Shown here piece by piece: positions 1 through 10,532 of a DNA stretch of 64,000 nucleotides. The position numbers and the translations under genes are program-made. Position 1 is the first letter of the stretch. Every line of letters begins with the position of its first letter. Under the pieces are notes generated by a model. It saw only the letters and a program-made list of their open reading frames with translations. It searched no databases and was not told the DNA's origin. Source of the stretch: Coleofasciculus sp. B1-GNL1-01. Lineage in GTDB: Bacteria > Cyanobacteriota > Cyanobacteriia > Cyanobacteriales > Coleofasciculaceae. Location of the stretch: the NCBI GenBank assembly GCA_040220235.1, contig JAVJTO010000168.1; one strand, given 5' to 3'.

Positions 1-79
1 ACAACAAAATCCGCCCTCCTCCAAATTCAAACCTCAGCTTACCCAAAACAACAAACAACCAACAAAGGACAACAAAAAA

Positions 80-325
80 ATGTGTTTAGGCATTCCCGGT
101 CAAATTACGGAAATAACAGATAAAGAACACCAACTCGCCATGGTTAATATTGGCGGCGTCCAACGCCAAGTTAATATTGCCTGTATTATTGATGACAATC
201 ATCCCATTGACACCTGTATTAACGATTGGGTATTAGTCCACGTCGGCTTCGCCATGAATCGCCTCGACGAACAAGAAGCCGCCGAAACCTTACAATTACT
301 CCAAGAACTCGCCTTAACCGAATGA
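80..325 (+). CDS. hypC: Hydrogenase maturation chaperone HypC
   Basis: MCLGIPG N-terminus, WVLVHVGFAM motif; upstream of hypD. Confidence 0.97.
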   Translation: MCLGIPGQITEITDKEHQLAMVNIGGVQRQVNIACIIDDNHPIDTCINDWVLVHVGFAMNRLDEQEAAETLQLLQELALTE

Positions 326-356
326 CCAATGACCAATGACCAATGACCAATGACAA
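321..356. repeat. Heptamer tandem repeat (AATGACC)n, STRR-type
   Basis: About 5 tandem units between hypC and hypD. Confidence 0.9.
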
Positions 357-359
357 ACT

Positions 360-1502
360 ATGAAATACGTTGACGAATTTCGCGATCCCCAAAAAGCCAA
401 AGCCCTACTGCGAGAAATCCAAACCTTAACCACTCAATTGGGCAAAACATCAACCCAACCGCTAAAAGTGATGGAAGTCTGTGGCGGTCATACCCATTCC
501 ATCTTTAAATATGGACTCGAAGAAATCTTACCCGACACCATCGAATTAATCCATGGTCCCGGCTGTCCCGTCTGTGTCATGCCAAGGGGACGCCTAGATG
601 ACGCGATCGCGATCGCAGATTATCCTAATGTAATCCTCACCACCTTTGGTGACGCCATGCGGGTTCCCGGTTCCCAGAAAAGCCTCCTCCAAGCCAAAGC
701 AGCCGGGGCGGATATTCGTATGGTTTATTCTCCCCTAGATAGCCTGCAAATTGCCAAAGATAACCCGGATAAAGAAGTGGTTTTCTTTGGACTTGGCTTT
801 GAAACCACCGCCCCTAGTACCGCGTTAACCATCCTGCAAGCCGATGCTGAAGGACTGCAAAACTTCAGTATGTTCTGCAATCACGTTCTAGTCATTCCCG
901 CCCTGCAAGCCTTATTAGAGAATCCCGATTTACAACTGGATGCCTTTATTGGTCCGGGTCATGTCAGCATGGTTATTGGTACAGAACCCTATCACTTTAT
1001 TGCCCAACAGTACCAAAAACCCTTAGTGGTTTCCGGATTTGAACCCTTGGATATTTTGCAATCCCTGTGGATGATATTGCAGCAACTGATTCAAGGGCGC
1101 TGTGAGGTGGAAAACCAATATGATAGAATCGTCCAACCCCAAGGAAATCGCGTCGCCTTAGACGCCATGAATACCGTCTTTGAAGTACGGCAAAAATTTG
1201 AATGGCGGGGACTCGGTGATATTCCCAATTCCGGATTCAAAATTCGCCCCCAATACGCCCAATTTGATGCCGAAGTTAAATTTACCCTTCCCAATCGTCA
1301 CGTCGCCGATCACAAAGCCTGTCAATGTGGCGAAATCCTCAAAGGCGTCATGAAACCTTGGCAATGTAAAGTTTTTGGTACCGCTTGTACACCAGAAAAT
1401 CCAATTGGAACTTGTATGGTATCTTCAGAAGGGGCTTGTGCAGCGTATTACAAATATGGACGCCTATCCAAAGTCACCAAAACGGCTGTAGGTATCAATT
1501 AA
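360..1502 (+). CDS. hypD: Hydrogenase maturation protein HypD
   Basis: MEVCGGHTH, GPGCPVCV, GFETT, PGHVS, CMVSSEGACAA motifs. Confidence 0.98.
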   Translation: MKYVDEFRDPQKAKALLREIQTLTTQLGKTSTQPLKVMEVCGGHTHSIFKYGLEEILPDTIELIHGPGCPVCVMPRGRLDDAIAIADYPNVILTTFGDAMRVPGSQKSLLQAKAAGADIRMVYSPLDSLQIAKDNPDKEVVFFGLGFETTAPSTALTILQADAEGLQNFSMFCNHVLVIPALQALLENPDLQLDAFIGPGHVSMVIGTEPYHFIAQQYQKPLVVSGFEPLDILQSLWMILQQLIQGRCEVENQYDRIVQPQGNRVALDAMNTVFEVRQKFEWRGLGDIPNSGFKIRPQYAQFDAEVKFTLPNRHVADHKACQCGEILKGVMKPWQCKVFGTACTPENPIGTCMVSSEGACAAYYKYGRLSKVTKTAVGIN

Positions 1503-1542
1503 TCCCCTGTAGGGGCGACCCGCCTGGATTAATTAACAACAC

Positions 1543-1645
1543 TATAGCATTTCCAAGCTGTATGTGAAAATCTGACCCCTCCCAAACCCTCCCCTTAGCA
1601 AGGGGAGGGCAGGGGTGGGGTTCACAACTCATATAAAACGCTATA
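1543..1645. mobile_element. MITE-like element with TATAGC...GCTATA ends
   Basis: Inverted termini; related element at 40043-40191. Confidence 0.6.
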
Positions 1646-1822
1646 GAAACAGGGCAGGTTTACATAAGTGACCCGTTTTTGCTTGCAAGTTATTCGTAAA
1701 ACCCGCCCCTACAGATGCTGGAATCGCCCTTGACTCAAACCGATAATTAAACTACAGAATCCGTCCGTTTTCCCCCATACAATACTGTTAAAACACAGGT
1801 TTAGAGTGGAGAATAAACGGTT

Positions 1823-2035
1823 ATGCCATTTGTTACTGTTCAAATTGCCAAAGGTCACTCGGTTGATCAAAAACGTGAACTCGCCAAAGCCCTCACAGAT
1901 ACCCTGGTTTCCACTTTGGGCACGAAACCAGAATGGGTGACAATTCACATTGATGAATTTGAGCGCGAAAATTGGGCAGTTGGCGGCGAATTACATTCCG
2001 ATAAACCCGGTAAAGGAGGGAAACATCACACCTAA
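1823..2035 (+). CDS. 4-oxalocrotonate tautomerase family protein
   Basis: 70 aa, catalytic Pro after Met (MPFVTVQI), ENWAVGG motif. Confidence 0.9.
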   Translation: MPFVTVQIAKGHSVDQKRELAKALTDTLVSTLGTKPEWVTIHIDEFERENWAVGGELHSDKPGKGGKHHT

Positions 2036-2366
2036 ATTAGAGGCTGTTGAATAAGTGTTATCGTGAGGGGAAGATGGGGAACACCTCGACTTCGCTCGGT
2101 GTGTCAGATGGGGACATTGTGTAGGGGTTCACTTTCACTATTATCGTTGGAAATGGTGCGTTACGCTTACGCTAACGCACCCTACACCTACACCCGCCCC
2201 AACTTTACAATGACAAATGACGAATGACGCTAAAAATCCCAATCATCCTATCTTGATGAGAGAACTAAATTCTCTGTGTAATCAGTGTCAATAAGCTCTC
2301 ACCTCCCTACCCCTATCTCCCCAAGAAATCCGTGAAATCAGTGTTTTGACCAATGACATAAGACAA

Positions 2367-3455
2367 ATGACAAATAACCAAAATCCTCTCTTCCAAAAAA
2401 TCGAACAAATCCGACGCCGCCCGAATAAAGTTAAAGAGACCGCCATCACCTTGGCACATGGTAGTGGTGGCAAAGCGATGCGGGATTTAATCGATGATAT
2501 TTTTGTCGGAAGTTTCGATAACCCCATCCTCTCCCAACTCGAAGATCAAGCCACAATTCCCCTCGCCCAACTCATCACTCAGGGCGATCGATTAGCCTTT
2601 ACCACGGATTCTTATGTCGTTGATCCCCTATTTTTTCCCGGTAGTAATATTGGTGAACTCGCTATTAATGGAACGGTCAACGATTTAGCCGTTAGTGGGG
2701 CAAAACCCCTATATTTAACCTGTAGCATGATCATGGAAGAAGGACTTCCAGTTGAAACCTTACGGCAAGTCGTTCTCAGTATGAAAAACGCCGCCGATGC
2801 TGCTGGGGTGAAGGTAGTGACTGGGGATACTAAAGTTGTTCATCGGGGTTCGGCGGATAAACTGTTTATCAATACAGCCGGAATTGGTGTGATTAGAGAA
2901 AATGTTTCTATTTCCGCCCATCATATTCAACCCGGTGATGCAGTAATTATTAATGGTCAATTGGGAAATCATGGTGCAGCTATTTTAATCGCCCGTGGGG
3001 AATTGGCATTGTCAACCGACATTAAAAGCGATTGTCAACCGTTAAATGGGTTGGTAGATGCCATTCTTGAGGTTTGTCCTGACATTCACGCGATGCGGGA
3101 TGCAACTCGTGGTGGTGTCGCCACGGTACTAAATGAATTCGCCCAAAGTTCCGAAGTGGGGATTCGTCTGGATGAGGCGTCGATTCCGATTCGGGAAGAG
3201 GTGAATGGAGTTTGTGAGATTCTGGGATTAGATCCGTTATATCTCGCCAATGAAGGAAAACTGGTAGTTATTGTACCGCGATCGCACGCTGAATCTGTAT
3301 TATCGGTGATGAAGTCTCACCCAGCCGGAAAGGATTCCTGTATTGTCGGTGAAGTGATTGATTCCCCGGCGGGTGTGGTATTACTGCAAACGGCTTTTGG
3401 GGCGGAACGCATTGTCGATATGCTAGTGGGGGATCAACTCCCCAGAATTTGTTAA
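2367..3455 (+). CDS. hypE: Hydrogenase maturation protein HypE
   Basis: LAHGSGG, TTDSYVV, DATRGG, C-terminal PRIC; ATG at 2367 preferred to TTG at 2346. Confidence 0.97.
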   Translation: MTNNQNPLFQKIEQIRRRPNKVKETAITLAHGSGGKAMRDLIDDIFVGSFDNPILSQLEDQATIPLAQLITQGDRLAFTTDSYVVDPLFFPGSNIGELAINGTVNDLAVSGAKPLYLTCSMIMEEGLPVETLRQVVLSMKNAADAAGVKVVTGDTKVVHRGSADKLFINTAGIGVIRENVSISAHHIQPGDAVIINGQLGNHGAAILIARGELALSTDIKSDCQPLNGLVDAILEVCPDIHAMRDATRGGVATVLNEFAQSSEVGIRLDEASIPIREEVNGVCEILGLDPLYLANEGKLVVIVPRSHAESVLSVMKSHPAGKDSCIVGEVIDSPAGVVLLQTAFGAERIVDMLVGDQLPRIC

Positions 3456-3518
3456 TCGGGGTACTGTACAAAGTGCTAAAAAAAATGAGGTTATAATACC
3501 CAATCTGCTTTTTGCCAC

Positions 3519-3565
3519 GGCGATTAAAATCGCTGCTACACAAACAAAGTCCGCCTACGCGGACT
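3519..3565. repeat. Dispersed palindromic repeat (second copy at 37411-37457)
   Basis: GGCGATT.AAATCGCTGCTACA...AAAGTCCGCCTACGCGGACT shared by both copies. Confidence 0.8.
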
Positions 3566-3589
3566 AAGTTATAAGGGGGATCGCGATCG

Positions 3590-3892
3590 CTACTCTAACT
3601 CTTCCAGTAAGGTTTCTAAATCTCCATAATCGTAAGGGGGGCGTTTACGGATAGCCAATACATCGATAATTTTGTCTGTTTCTGCGATCGCGTACAATAG
3701 TCGCCAATTGTCTAACCGTAGCCGCCATACCTCTGCTTCCACATCGGGGAGGTTAAGCATTTTGCTTTGAGGTGGGCGGGGATTGTCGGCTAATTCCCCA
3801 ATTACTCGTCTGATGCGCTGTTTAATATTCCCTGGAAGGTTTTTGATTTCGCCAAAGGCATCAGGAGTAACATAGACTGTGTAACGACTCAC
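3590..3892 (-). CDS. RelE/ParE family toxin
   Basis: 100 aa, LADNPRP, WRLRLDNWRLLY; overlaps stop of upstream small gene. Confidence 0.88.
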   Translation of the reverse strand: MSRYTVYVTPDAFGEIKNLPGNIKQRIRRVIGELADNPRPPQSKMLNLPDVEAEVWRLRLDNWRLLYAIAETDKIIDVLAIRKRPPYDYGDLETLLEELE

Positions 3893-4113
3893 TCCAACTC
3901 TTTCTCCACCTCATCCCACTTCAACCAACCTGCAACCGCGCGATCGCCCCCTGCTGCTTTTAAGTCGGCAAATGCTGTCCGGGCAATTTGTACATCTTCG
4001 AGGGTTTCTAACCATTCAATTAGCGCTTCCCATTCATCGGCGCTGATAACGGCTAAACGCTTGCCTTTTACAGTGACAAATTGGACAGATTGCAAAGCTT
4101 CCAGCGCTGTCAT
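3889..4113 (-). CDS. Antitoxin (Phd/RelB-like) partner of RelE
   Basis: 74 aa acidic, AVISADEWEALIE.LE.LED pattern, coupled to toxin. Confidence 0.78.
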   Translation of the reverse strand: MTALEALQSVQFVTVKGKRLAVISADEWEALIEWLETLEDVQIARTAFADLKAAGGDRAVAGWLKWDEVEKELE

Positions 4114-4365
4114 GTATTTCCTCTTGACCAGATAAGAGAACGCCTGCCTTTCCAGGCTTGGTTTCAGAATAACTCATTTCCGAATTAAGTAGGGGCAATT
4201 CATAATTACCCCTACAGATGCTTGTTCAACGGTTCAACCTGAGTAAGTCCTGAGAATGAACTTAAACGGAATGGCACTTACTTAAGGCTGGTAAGCAATG
4301 CCCACCCTACGGTATATCAAGGGTTTGGGCAATCCCAAAATGCACGCTTTTCAGTGCTATTCAAC

Positions 4366-5412
4366 CTAAGCGGTTACAGGTTCCAGTTCTTTCTCCATCT
4401 CAGGTGTATACTTACCATCATGGGCAGCACTATTGCACTTCGCCCGATGCAGCAGCAGTTTTTGAGCTAAAGACGCATTGGATTCTTTCCCCTTCCATGC
4501 TTCCAAAGCAGGTTGCTGAATAGCACGGGCATAAGAGAAGCTTATGGACCAAGGCGCTTGCTCTGCATACTTCACATTCATCGCATTCAAGTGAGCCGAT
4601 GCTTGCTCATTACTTTGACCCCCAGACAGGAATGCTACACCCGCCACAGATGCTGGAACTGAATTCATTAAACATTGCACCGTCGCATCTGCCACTTCAT
4701 TCACACTGGCTTGGTTGGGGCAATCCTTCCCAGAAATGACCATACTGGGTTTGAGGATCATTTGGTCGAAGGCGACTCGCTGAGTATAAAGCTGATTGAA
4801 AACCGTGCGTAGGGTTTCTTCGGTTACCTGATAACAGCGTTCCAGAGTATGATCCCCATTAATCAGCACTTCGGGTTCCACAATAGGAACCAAACCCCCT
4901 TCCTGACAGAGTTGGGCATACCGGGCTAATCCATGGGCATTTGCCTCAATACAACCCCGGCTGGGAATGCCATCACCAATCGTGATCACTGCCCGCCACT
5001 TGGCAAAGCGAGCGCCCATTTGATAATACTCCGCAATGCGATCGCGCAGACCATCGAGTCCTTCGGTGACTTTTTCCCCAGGGAAACCTGCCATGTCTTT
5101 GGCGCCAGTATCCACTTTAATTCCAGGGATTATCCCCGTATCGGTCATCACCTTGAGAAACGGTATCCCGTCTTTGGTCGATTGGCGAATGGTTTCATCA
5201 TAGAGAATCGCGCCACTGATGTAATTCCCCAAGTTAGGCGTGGTCAAAATTAACTCGCGATAGGTGCGACGCATCTCTTCGGTTTGGTCGATACCAACCT
5301 TCCCCAATCGCTTATTACAAGTGCCGTTACTTTCATCCATCGCCAAGACACCCTTGCTGGGGGCAACCATTGCCTGTGCCGTCGCTCTGAGTTCTTGTGC
5401 GTAGGTACTCAT
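4366..5412 (-). CDS. fba: Fructose-bisphosphate aldolase class I
   Basis: LAMDES, FAKWR, VPIVEPE, LKPSMV (Schiff-base Lys), FLSGGQS. Confidence 0.96.
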   Translation of the reverse strand: MSTYAQELRATAQAMVAPSKGVLAMDESNGTCNKRLGKVGIDQTEEMRRTYRELILTTPNLGNYISGAILYDETIRQSTKDGIPFLKVMTDTGIIPGIKVDTGAKDMAGFPGEKVTEGLDGLRDRIAEYYQMGARFAKWRAVITIGDGIPSRGCIEANAHGLARYAQLCQEGGLVPIVEPEVLINGDHTLERCYQVTEETLRTVFNQLYTQRVAFDQMILKPSMVISGKDCPNQASVNEVADATVQCLMNSVPASVAGVAFLSGGQSNEQASAHLNAMNVKYAEQAPWSISFSYARAIQQPALEAWKGKESNASLAQKLLLHRAKCNSAAHDGKYTPEMEKELEPVTA

Positions 5413-5673
5413 TGTGAAACCTCTATAAAGTTTTTTTGCTATCTATTCATAAATGATGCAGGTTAATGGGTTTATTTGCAACAAGTAATCTGAAATTGGG
5501 CAGATTTTTCTTCGGCACTAGGACATAGAAGCCTTGATTTACCAGATATTTGCATCTTATCCCTCTTGCGATAGATGCCGAATCTTGTCTAATGATTTAT
5601 TTTTACTATTGATATTAATTCTTGATAATTAGCCAAAACTGACGCCCAGCCAATCAGTCGTTACTGGTTTTCA

Positions 5674-5776
5674 ATCGCGATCGCGACTCCAACTCTTGCT
5701 CTACCTCATCCTACTTCAACCAACCTGCAATTGCGCGATCGCTCCCTGCGGCTTTTAAGTTGGCACATGTTGTCCG
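5674..5776 (-). pseudogene. Degenerate copy of the antitoxin 3' end
   Basis: 5686-5776 matches 3891-3981 at 81/91 nt, with TGG changed to TAG. Confidence 0.85.
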
Positions 5777-5788
5777 TTTGATTTATTG

Positions 5789-6871
5789 CTATTTTCTATT
5801 CTCTTTCCATGTCGCATAAACACAGTATTCAAACAGTTCTTTCTTGCTGTTTCGCTTGCGAATAACGTTACTACCAATATTGGTATATCCAAGTTGGTGT
5901 AATGATTCTTCCAAAAGTTTTTCCGTATTAACCGAAATCCCATAGAACGAAGAATTCCCGACAATGTATGACAGCACTGCATTATCCTGTAAGTTGTGAC
6001 GCAAATTATCTAAATGCAAGTGCAGATCATAGAAATATTTCTTGACATACTTTGCCATAAGCTGAGCATTCTTATTTTCTGATTCCTCAATTTGGGAAAC
6101 AATCCTGTTCAACGAAGCTGACCATTCGATTTCATTAGAGTCCCAATTCTGTAATCTACTCGTCGCCACACCCCATGTTCCTCCAATCGCTTGCCAGTCT
6201 ATCTCACCTGCTTCTTTGGCAGTATCTAGAAACTTTGTCCAATACATATACGGACGAAGTTCACGAATGTAACTCATCCGATTGGGATAAGGTGGTGAGG
6301 TTACGACATGAGAATATTTCATGTCATTGGATACAGAGTACCGTGAATCAGCATAGAATACTGTTGCTTTACCTGCTAAAGGGTGACTGATACTATTAAT
6401 TATCGCTTCAACAATAATTTGGTAAAGCTGTTCAATTTGTTCAACTTCATACCGAGTAACTTGCTGATGAAACGACATAGACACATGATTAAAGGCGGCG
6501 GAAGAGGTTTCAATCACTAAACGGCAAAAAGCCACCCATGCCAAGGAAGAAATATCATCCTCTTTCGGTTCACCAAATTCGCTGACCAAGGCTTGTCGAA
6601 GTGCTGCTAGAATTTTTAATGTATGTGTACTCCACCAGCGAGTAATGTTATAAATATTAGGAGTCCAGCACTCTTGATCAATCAGACCTTTACATTGATA
6701 AATGCTTCTTTTAATTCTCTGATTCAAGTCATCCAGTTCCGAACTCGAATAATTCCGGCATTTGGCATTACCCAGCCAGATCAGAAATTGATTAATATCT
6801 AAACAATGAGCTTGTAATCCCTGTTCAGCAGCAACTAAACCTGTTGTTGCTGTCCCAGAGAAAGGGTCGGT
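5789..6871 (-). pseudogene. N4-cytosine DNA methyltransferase, probably 5'-truncated
   Basis: DPFSGTATT (motif I) then TSPPY (motif IV); sequence upstream of motif I is a MITE, so the ORF-track start at 6928 lies inside the repeat. Confidence 0.75.
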
Positions 6872-6978
6872 TATGGCACTACGCATTAAGGTTAGGACAA
6901 TACAATTGGGTGAAAAGGCAACAGGCAACAGGCAATAGGCAACAGGGGAATGTCCTTTCCGTACCCCGTAGGGCTATA
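6872..6978. mobile_element. 107-bp MITE with GGCAACA heptamer core
   Basis: Termini TATGGCACTACG / CGTAGGGCTATA; inverted sibling at 13566-13673. Confidence 0.75.
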
Positions 6979-7068
6979 TCATTTCCTTTTACCTCGTAAC
7001 TTTCTTTTTTCCCTTCTACCTTCTGCTAATGTGATTTTAGGGGTACGATCGCTCGTACCCCACTCATC

Positions 7069-8286
7069 TTAGGGATCAACCCAAAGACCATCGGATTTAA
7101 TCAAATTAATTAACTCCGCAACCCCTTGAGTTTCCGGCACCTTCTTAATCTCTTCCCGTCCGCGATACAGGGAAATATAACCGGGTTGCTTACCCACATA
7201 GCCATAATCCGCATCTGCCATTTCTCCTGGACCATTAACAATACACCCCATCACAGCAATATCTAAACCCGTCAGGTGTTTCGTTGCTTCCCGAACTTCG
7301 TGCAGTACGTCTTCTAAATTAAACAAGGTGCGACCGCAAGACGGACAGGCGACATATTCTACCATGGTTTTCCGCAGTCCCAACGCCTGGAGAATGCTAT
7401 AACAAACCGGGATTTCTTTTTCCGGCGCTTCCGTCAGGGAAACGCGAATCGTATCCCCAATTCCTTCGGCTAACAGAGTACCAATACCTGCTGTAGACTT
7501 AATCCGTCCATATTCCCCATCGCCAGCTTCTGTAACACCCAGATGTAAGGGGTAATCCATCCCCAACTCATCCATACGCCGTACCATCAACCGATACGCC
7601 GCCAGCATGACGGGAACACGGGAGGCTTTCAGGGAAATCACCAAATTGCGGAAATCGAGGGATTCACAGATTCGGATAAATTCCAGCGCCGATTCCACCA
7701 TCCCTTCTGGGGTATCGCCGTAGGTAAATAGCATCCGTTCCGCCAGGGAACCGTGATTCACCCCAATTCGCATCGCTTTCCCTTGATCCCGGAGAGAAAC
7801 GACCAGGGGTGCTAAAGTTTCCTTAATCTTTGCGCCAATTTGTTCAAATTCAGCTTGAGTATACTCCGTGCGATCGCTCTTTGGTTTCTCGAACACGTAT
7901 AACCCTGGATTAATCCGCACTTTATCTACATGCTTGGCGACTTCTAGGGCGATTTTCATCCCATTGTGGTGAACATCCGCCACCAAGGGAACCTCTTGGT
8001 ACGTCTGAATCAGTTTCTGCTTAATTTGGGCGAGGGCTTTGGCGTGTGCCATACTGGGAACCGTGACTCGGACTATCTCACAGCCAATTTCATGCAAGCG
8101 GCGAATCCCAGCCACGGAACCCTCAAGATCTAAGGTATCTTCATTAATCATCGACTGCACCACCACCGGATGTCCGCCCCCAATCGTGACATTCCCGACG
8201 GATACCGGGCGGGTTTGGCGACGGTGGATAACGGTATCCAATGCTGGGGGTTTGGCAGCCGTTTGAGGAGTTGGAAGTGTTTGCAT
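7069..8286 (-). CDS. ispG: (E)-4-hydroxy-3-methylbut-2-enyl-diphosphate synthase
   Basis: [39 protein letters not shown]; start taken at MQTLP. Confidence 0.97.
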   Translation of the reverse strand: MQTLPTPQTAAKPPALDTVIHRRQTRPVSVGNVTIGGGHPVVVQSMINEDTLDLEGSVAGIRRLHEIGCEIVRVTVPSMAHAKALAQIKQKLIQTYQEVPLVADVHHNGMKIALEVAKHVDKVRINPGLYVFEKPKSDRTEYTQAEFEQIGAKIKETLAPLVVSLRDQGKAMRIGVNHGSLAERMLFTYGDTPEGMVESALEFIRICESLDFRNLVISLKASRVPVMLAAYRLMVRRMDELGMDYPLHLGVTEAGDGEYGRIKSTAGIGTLLAEGIGDTIRVSLTEAPEKEIPVCYSILQALGLRKTMVEYVACPSCGRTLFNLEDVLHEVREATKHLTGLDIAVMGCIVNGPGEMADADYGYVGKQPGYISLYRGREEIKKVPETQGVAELINLIKSDGLWVDP

Positions 8287-8519
8287 AACCATCGGGATAA
8301 TTTCTGTAACTAGACTATCTGTATGTTTTCTATTATCCCAGAGTGCCACAGTTGGGGCGATTTTGGGTTAAGGCAAGAGAAAGTGCGATCGCGTTTGGTA
8401 GTGTTAACGTAGGCTCTAACTAGCCATAGCTGCTAAAAATAGGGATTTGCAGTGCCACGCCTGGTGATGGTACTGCGTATGATACCAGTTCTCCTGCTCA
8501 CGCTGTAGGACAAGAAATC

Positions 8520-8966
8520 ATGAAAAGCTTTTCAATAACAAAAAACTTGTTTATTAATGCACCGCCGAGTTTACTCTTTGACACGTTAACCGATTCAGAA
8601 AAGATTATCCAATATTATCCTCTGAAAGAAGTGATATCCGATTGGCAAGTTGGTAGTGATATTATCCTTAAAGGAAACAATAACGGTGAAGACTTTATTG
8701 ATTATGGTAAAATTGATATCTTAACCCCTAATCAGAAGTTTCAGTATACATATTGGAGCGACAATCACGGTACAGATAGAACGCCAGAAAACCAGTTGAC
8801 TATTTGTTACACTCTTGATGAAGTTGACCGGGGAACGAATCTTAAACTAGAACATACCAACTTAAAGTCTGAGCAAATGTACTCTGAAATGCTTAAGGTT
8901 TGGGATTTATTACTGTCGAGCTTAAAGAATTTTGTAGAATCAGGTCAACTCAAAAACAGAGAATAG
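8520..8966 (+). CDS. SRPBCC/AHSA1 domain protein
   Basis: INAPPS.LFD.LTD, TNLKLEHT, W..LL..LK.FVE pattern. Confidence 0.8.
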   Translation: MKSFSITKNLFINAPPSLLFDTLTDSEKIIQYYPLKEVISDWQVGSDIILKGNNNGEDFIDYGKIDILTPNQKFQYTYWSDNHGTDRTPENQLTICYTLDEVDRGTNLKLEHTNLKSEQMYSEMLKVWDLLLSSLKNFVESGQLKNRE

Positions 8967-9204
8967 TAAATAATTAATGTCCTTGACAACCTGTAACTCA
9001 GTTAACAAAAATTTATGTCTATATACTTATTTATCATCATTCCCATCCTCTCTCCTAACTGAATCCTGAATTCTAAGTTGCCGTGGGGTGGACAAAAGCA
9101 ACACGCTTTACTCTCAGAGGGGGTAACGGTTATAACTCTTGCCCACCTTACATGACATTGGCTGATGGAGACTGGTGCAATACGTGAGTTTAATCCAATT
9201 TTAA

Positions 9205-9408
9205 CTACTCCGGAAAATCGGGAATCACCCACTTAGGTGGTTCCATCAGTTTCTTCCGTCGCGCCTCCTCAGCTATCTCATACATTTTATCCAATGACGT
9301 CTCATTGATAAATGTTGAGGCTTTAGCCGCATACTCCTTGTGGGGACATTTATCACCCAATACACAACCATTGACGCAGGCTTCAGCACAGTTTATGGTA
9401 GGTTCCAC
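9205..9408 (-). CDS. Small Cys-containing hypothetical protein
   Basis: CxxxCxxxCxxxxxC N-terminus; GGAGGGGAG RBS before GTG. Confidence 0.75.
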   Translation of the reverse strand: MEPTINCAEACVNGCVLGDKCPHKEYAAKASTFINETSLDKMYEIAEEARRKKLMEPPKWVIPDFPE

Positions 9409-9569
9409 TTCTCCCCTCCTTATTTCCAGGTTCGTCGGACAAATTTAAACGCTATATCTTATTTCTCTATATTTACAAATTTTAATGCATTTAGCCAATC
9501 CTGGAGAATATAGTCTTATGGTTTGACAACTAACCTATATTTTTTTATAATTCCATGCTTACTATTCTT

Positions 9570-9660
9570 TGACGAATGACGAGTGACGAATGACGAATGA
9601 CGAATGACGAATGACGAGTAACGAGTGACATAAGACATAAGACATAAGACATAAGACGAA
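9570..9660. repeat. Heptamer tandem repeats (TGACGAA)n then (CATAAGA)n
   Basis: Seen directly. Confidence 0.9.
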
Positions 9661-9663
9661 TCC

Positions 9664-10512
9664 CTATCTCAATCGCTTCTTTTCCCCTTGATAGCGCAGC
9701 CACTCACCCACAAAGGCAATTGCCCCAGATGCGCCAATTAAAATTACACTCAAGGCATTAATATCGGGTTTAACTCCAGTACGAATGCGGCTAAAAATCT
9801 CCATCGGTAGAGTTGTCGATCCGGTTCCAGCCGTAAAGCTAGCAATCAGAAAATCGTCCATACTGAGAACAAAGGAAATTAAACACCCTGCAATTATGGC
9901 AGGCATCAATTCTGGCAACAACACTTTAATAAACGCTTGAAAGGGGGTTGCGCCTAAATCGAGTGCTGCTTCTTCCAAATACGGATCAAGACTGGAAATA
10001 CGCGAAGAGACAACAAAGGCAATGTATGCCAAACAAAATACCACATGCGCCGCCACAATTGTCCACAAGCTTAATGGCGTGCCAATCACCGCCAGAAATA
10101 CCAGAGTCGCCACTGCCATGGCGATATCGGGAATAATCAACGGTAAGTAGGATACTCCACGATATAACCCCTTGCCCATAAATTGATAACGCACCAACCC
10201 CACCGCCATCAACGTGCCAATCACGGCGGAAATGATGACAGCAACAAAAGCAACCGTCAAGCTATTTTGCAACGACTTCAGCACCCGTGCGTCACTAAAT
10301 AGCTTAATGTACCACTCCAACGTAAATCCCTGCCAATTGGCACTATAGGCTGACTGATTAAAGCTATAAAATGTCAAGACCAAAATCGGCAGATACATAT
10401 AAAAAAACATCAGCAAAGAAAATATCCCTTGCCAAGAAAAGCTCGGCTTGAGTTTAGATGATTGCATCTCGACGGGAAGTTCCTCCTGCTGATGGCTTAC
10501 TGAGTCTGTCAT
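9664..10512 (-). CDS. potC: Spermidine/putrescine ABC permease
   Basis: YLPILVL..YSFN, EEAALDLGA (EAA loop), SMDDF. Confidence 0.88.
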   Translation of the reverse strand: MTDSVSHQQEELPVEMQSSKLKPSFSWQGIFSLLMFFYMYLPILVLTFYSFNQSAYSANWQGFTLEWYIKLFSDARVLKSLQNSLTVAFVAVIISAVIGTLMAVGLVRYQFMGKGLYRGVSYLPLIIPDIAMAVATLVFLAVIGTPLSLWTIVAAHVVFCLAYIAFVVSSRISSLDPYLEEAALDLGATPFQAFIKVLLPELMPAIIAGCLISFVLSMDDFLIASFTAGTGSTTLPMEIFSRIRTGVKPDINALSVILIGASGAIAFVGEWLRYQGEKKRLR

Positions 10513-10532
10513 CTAATGCTGCTGGAAAATGG

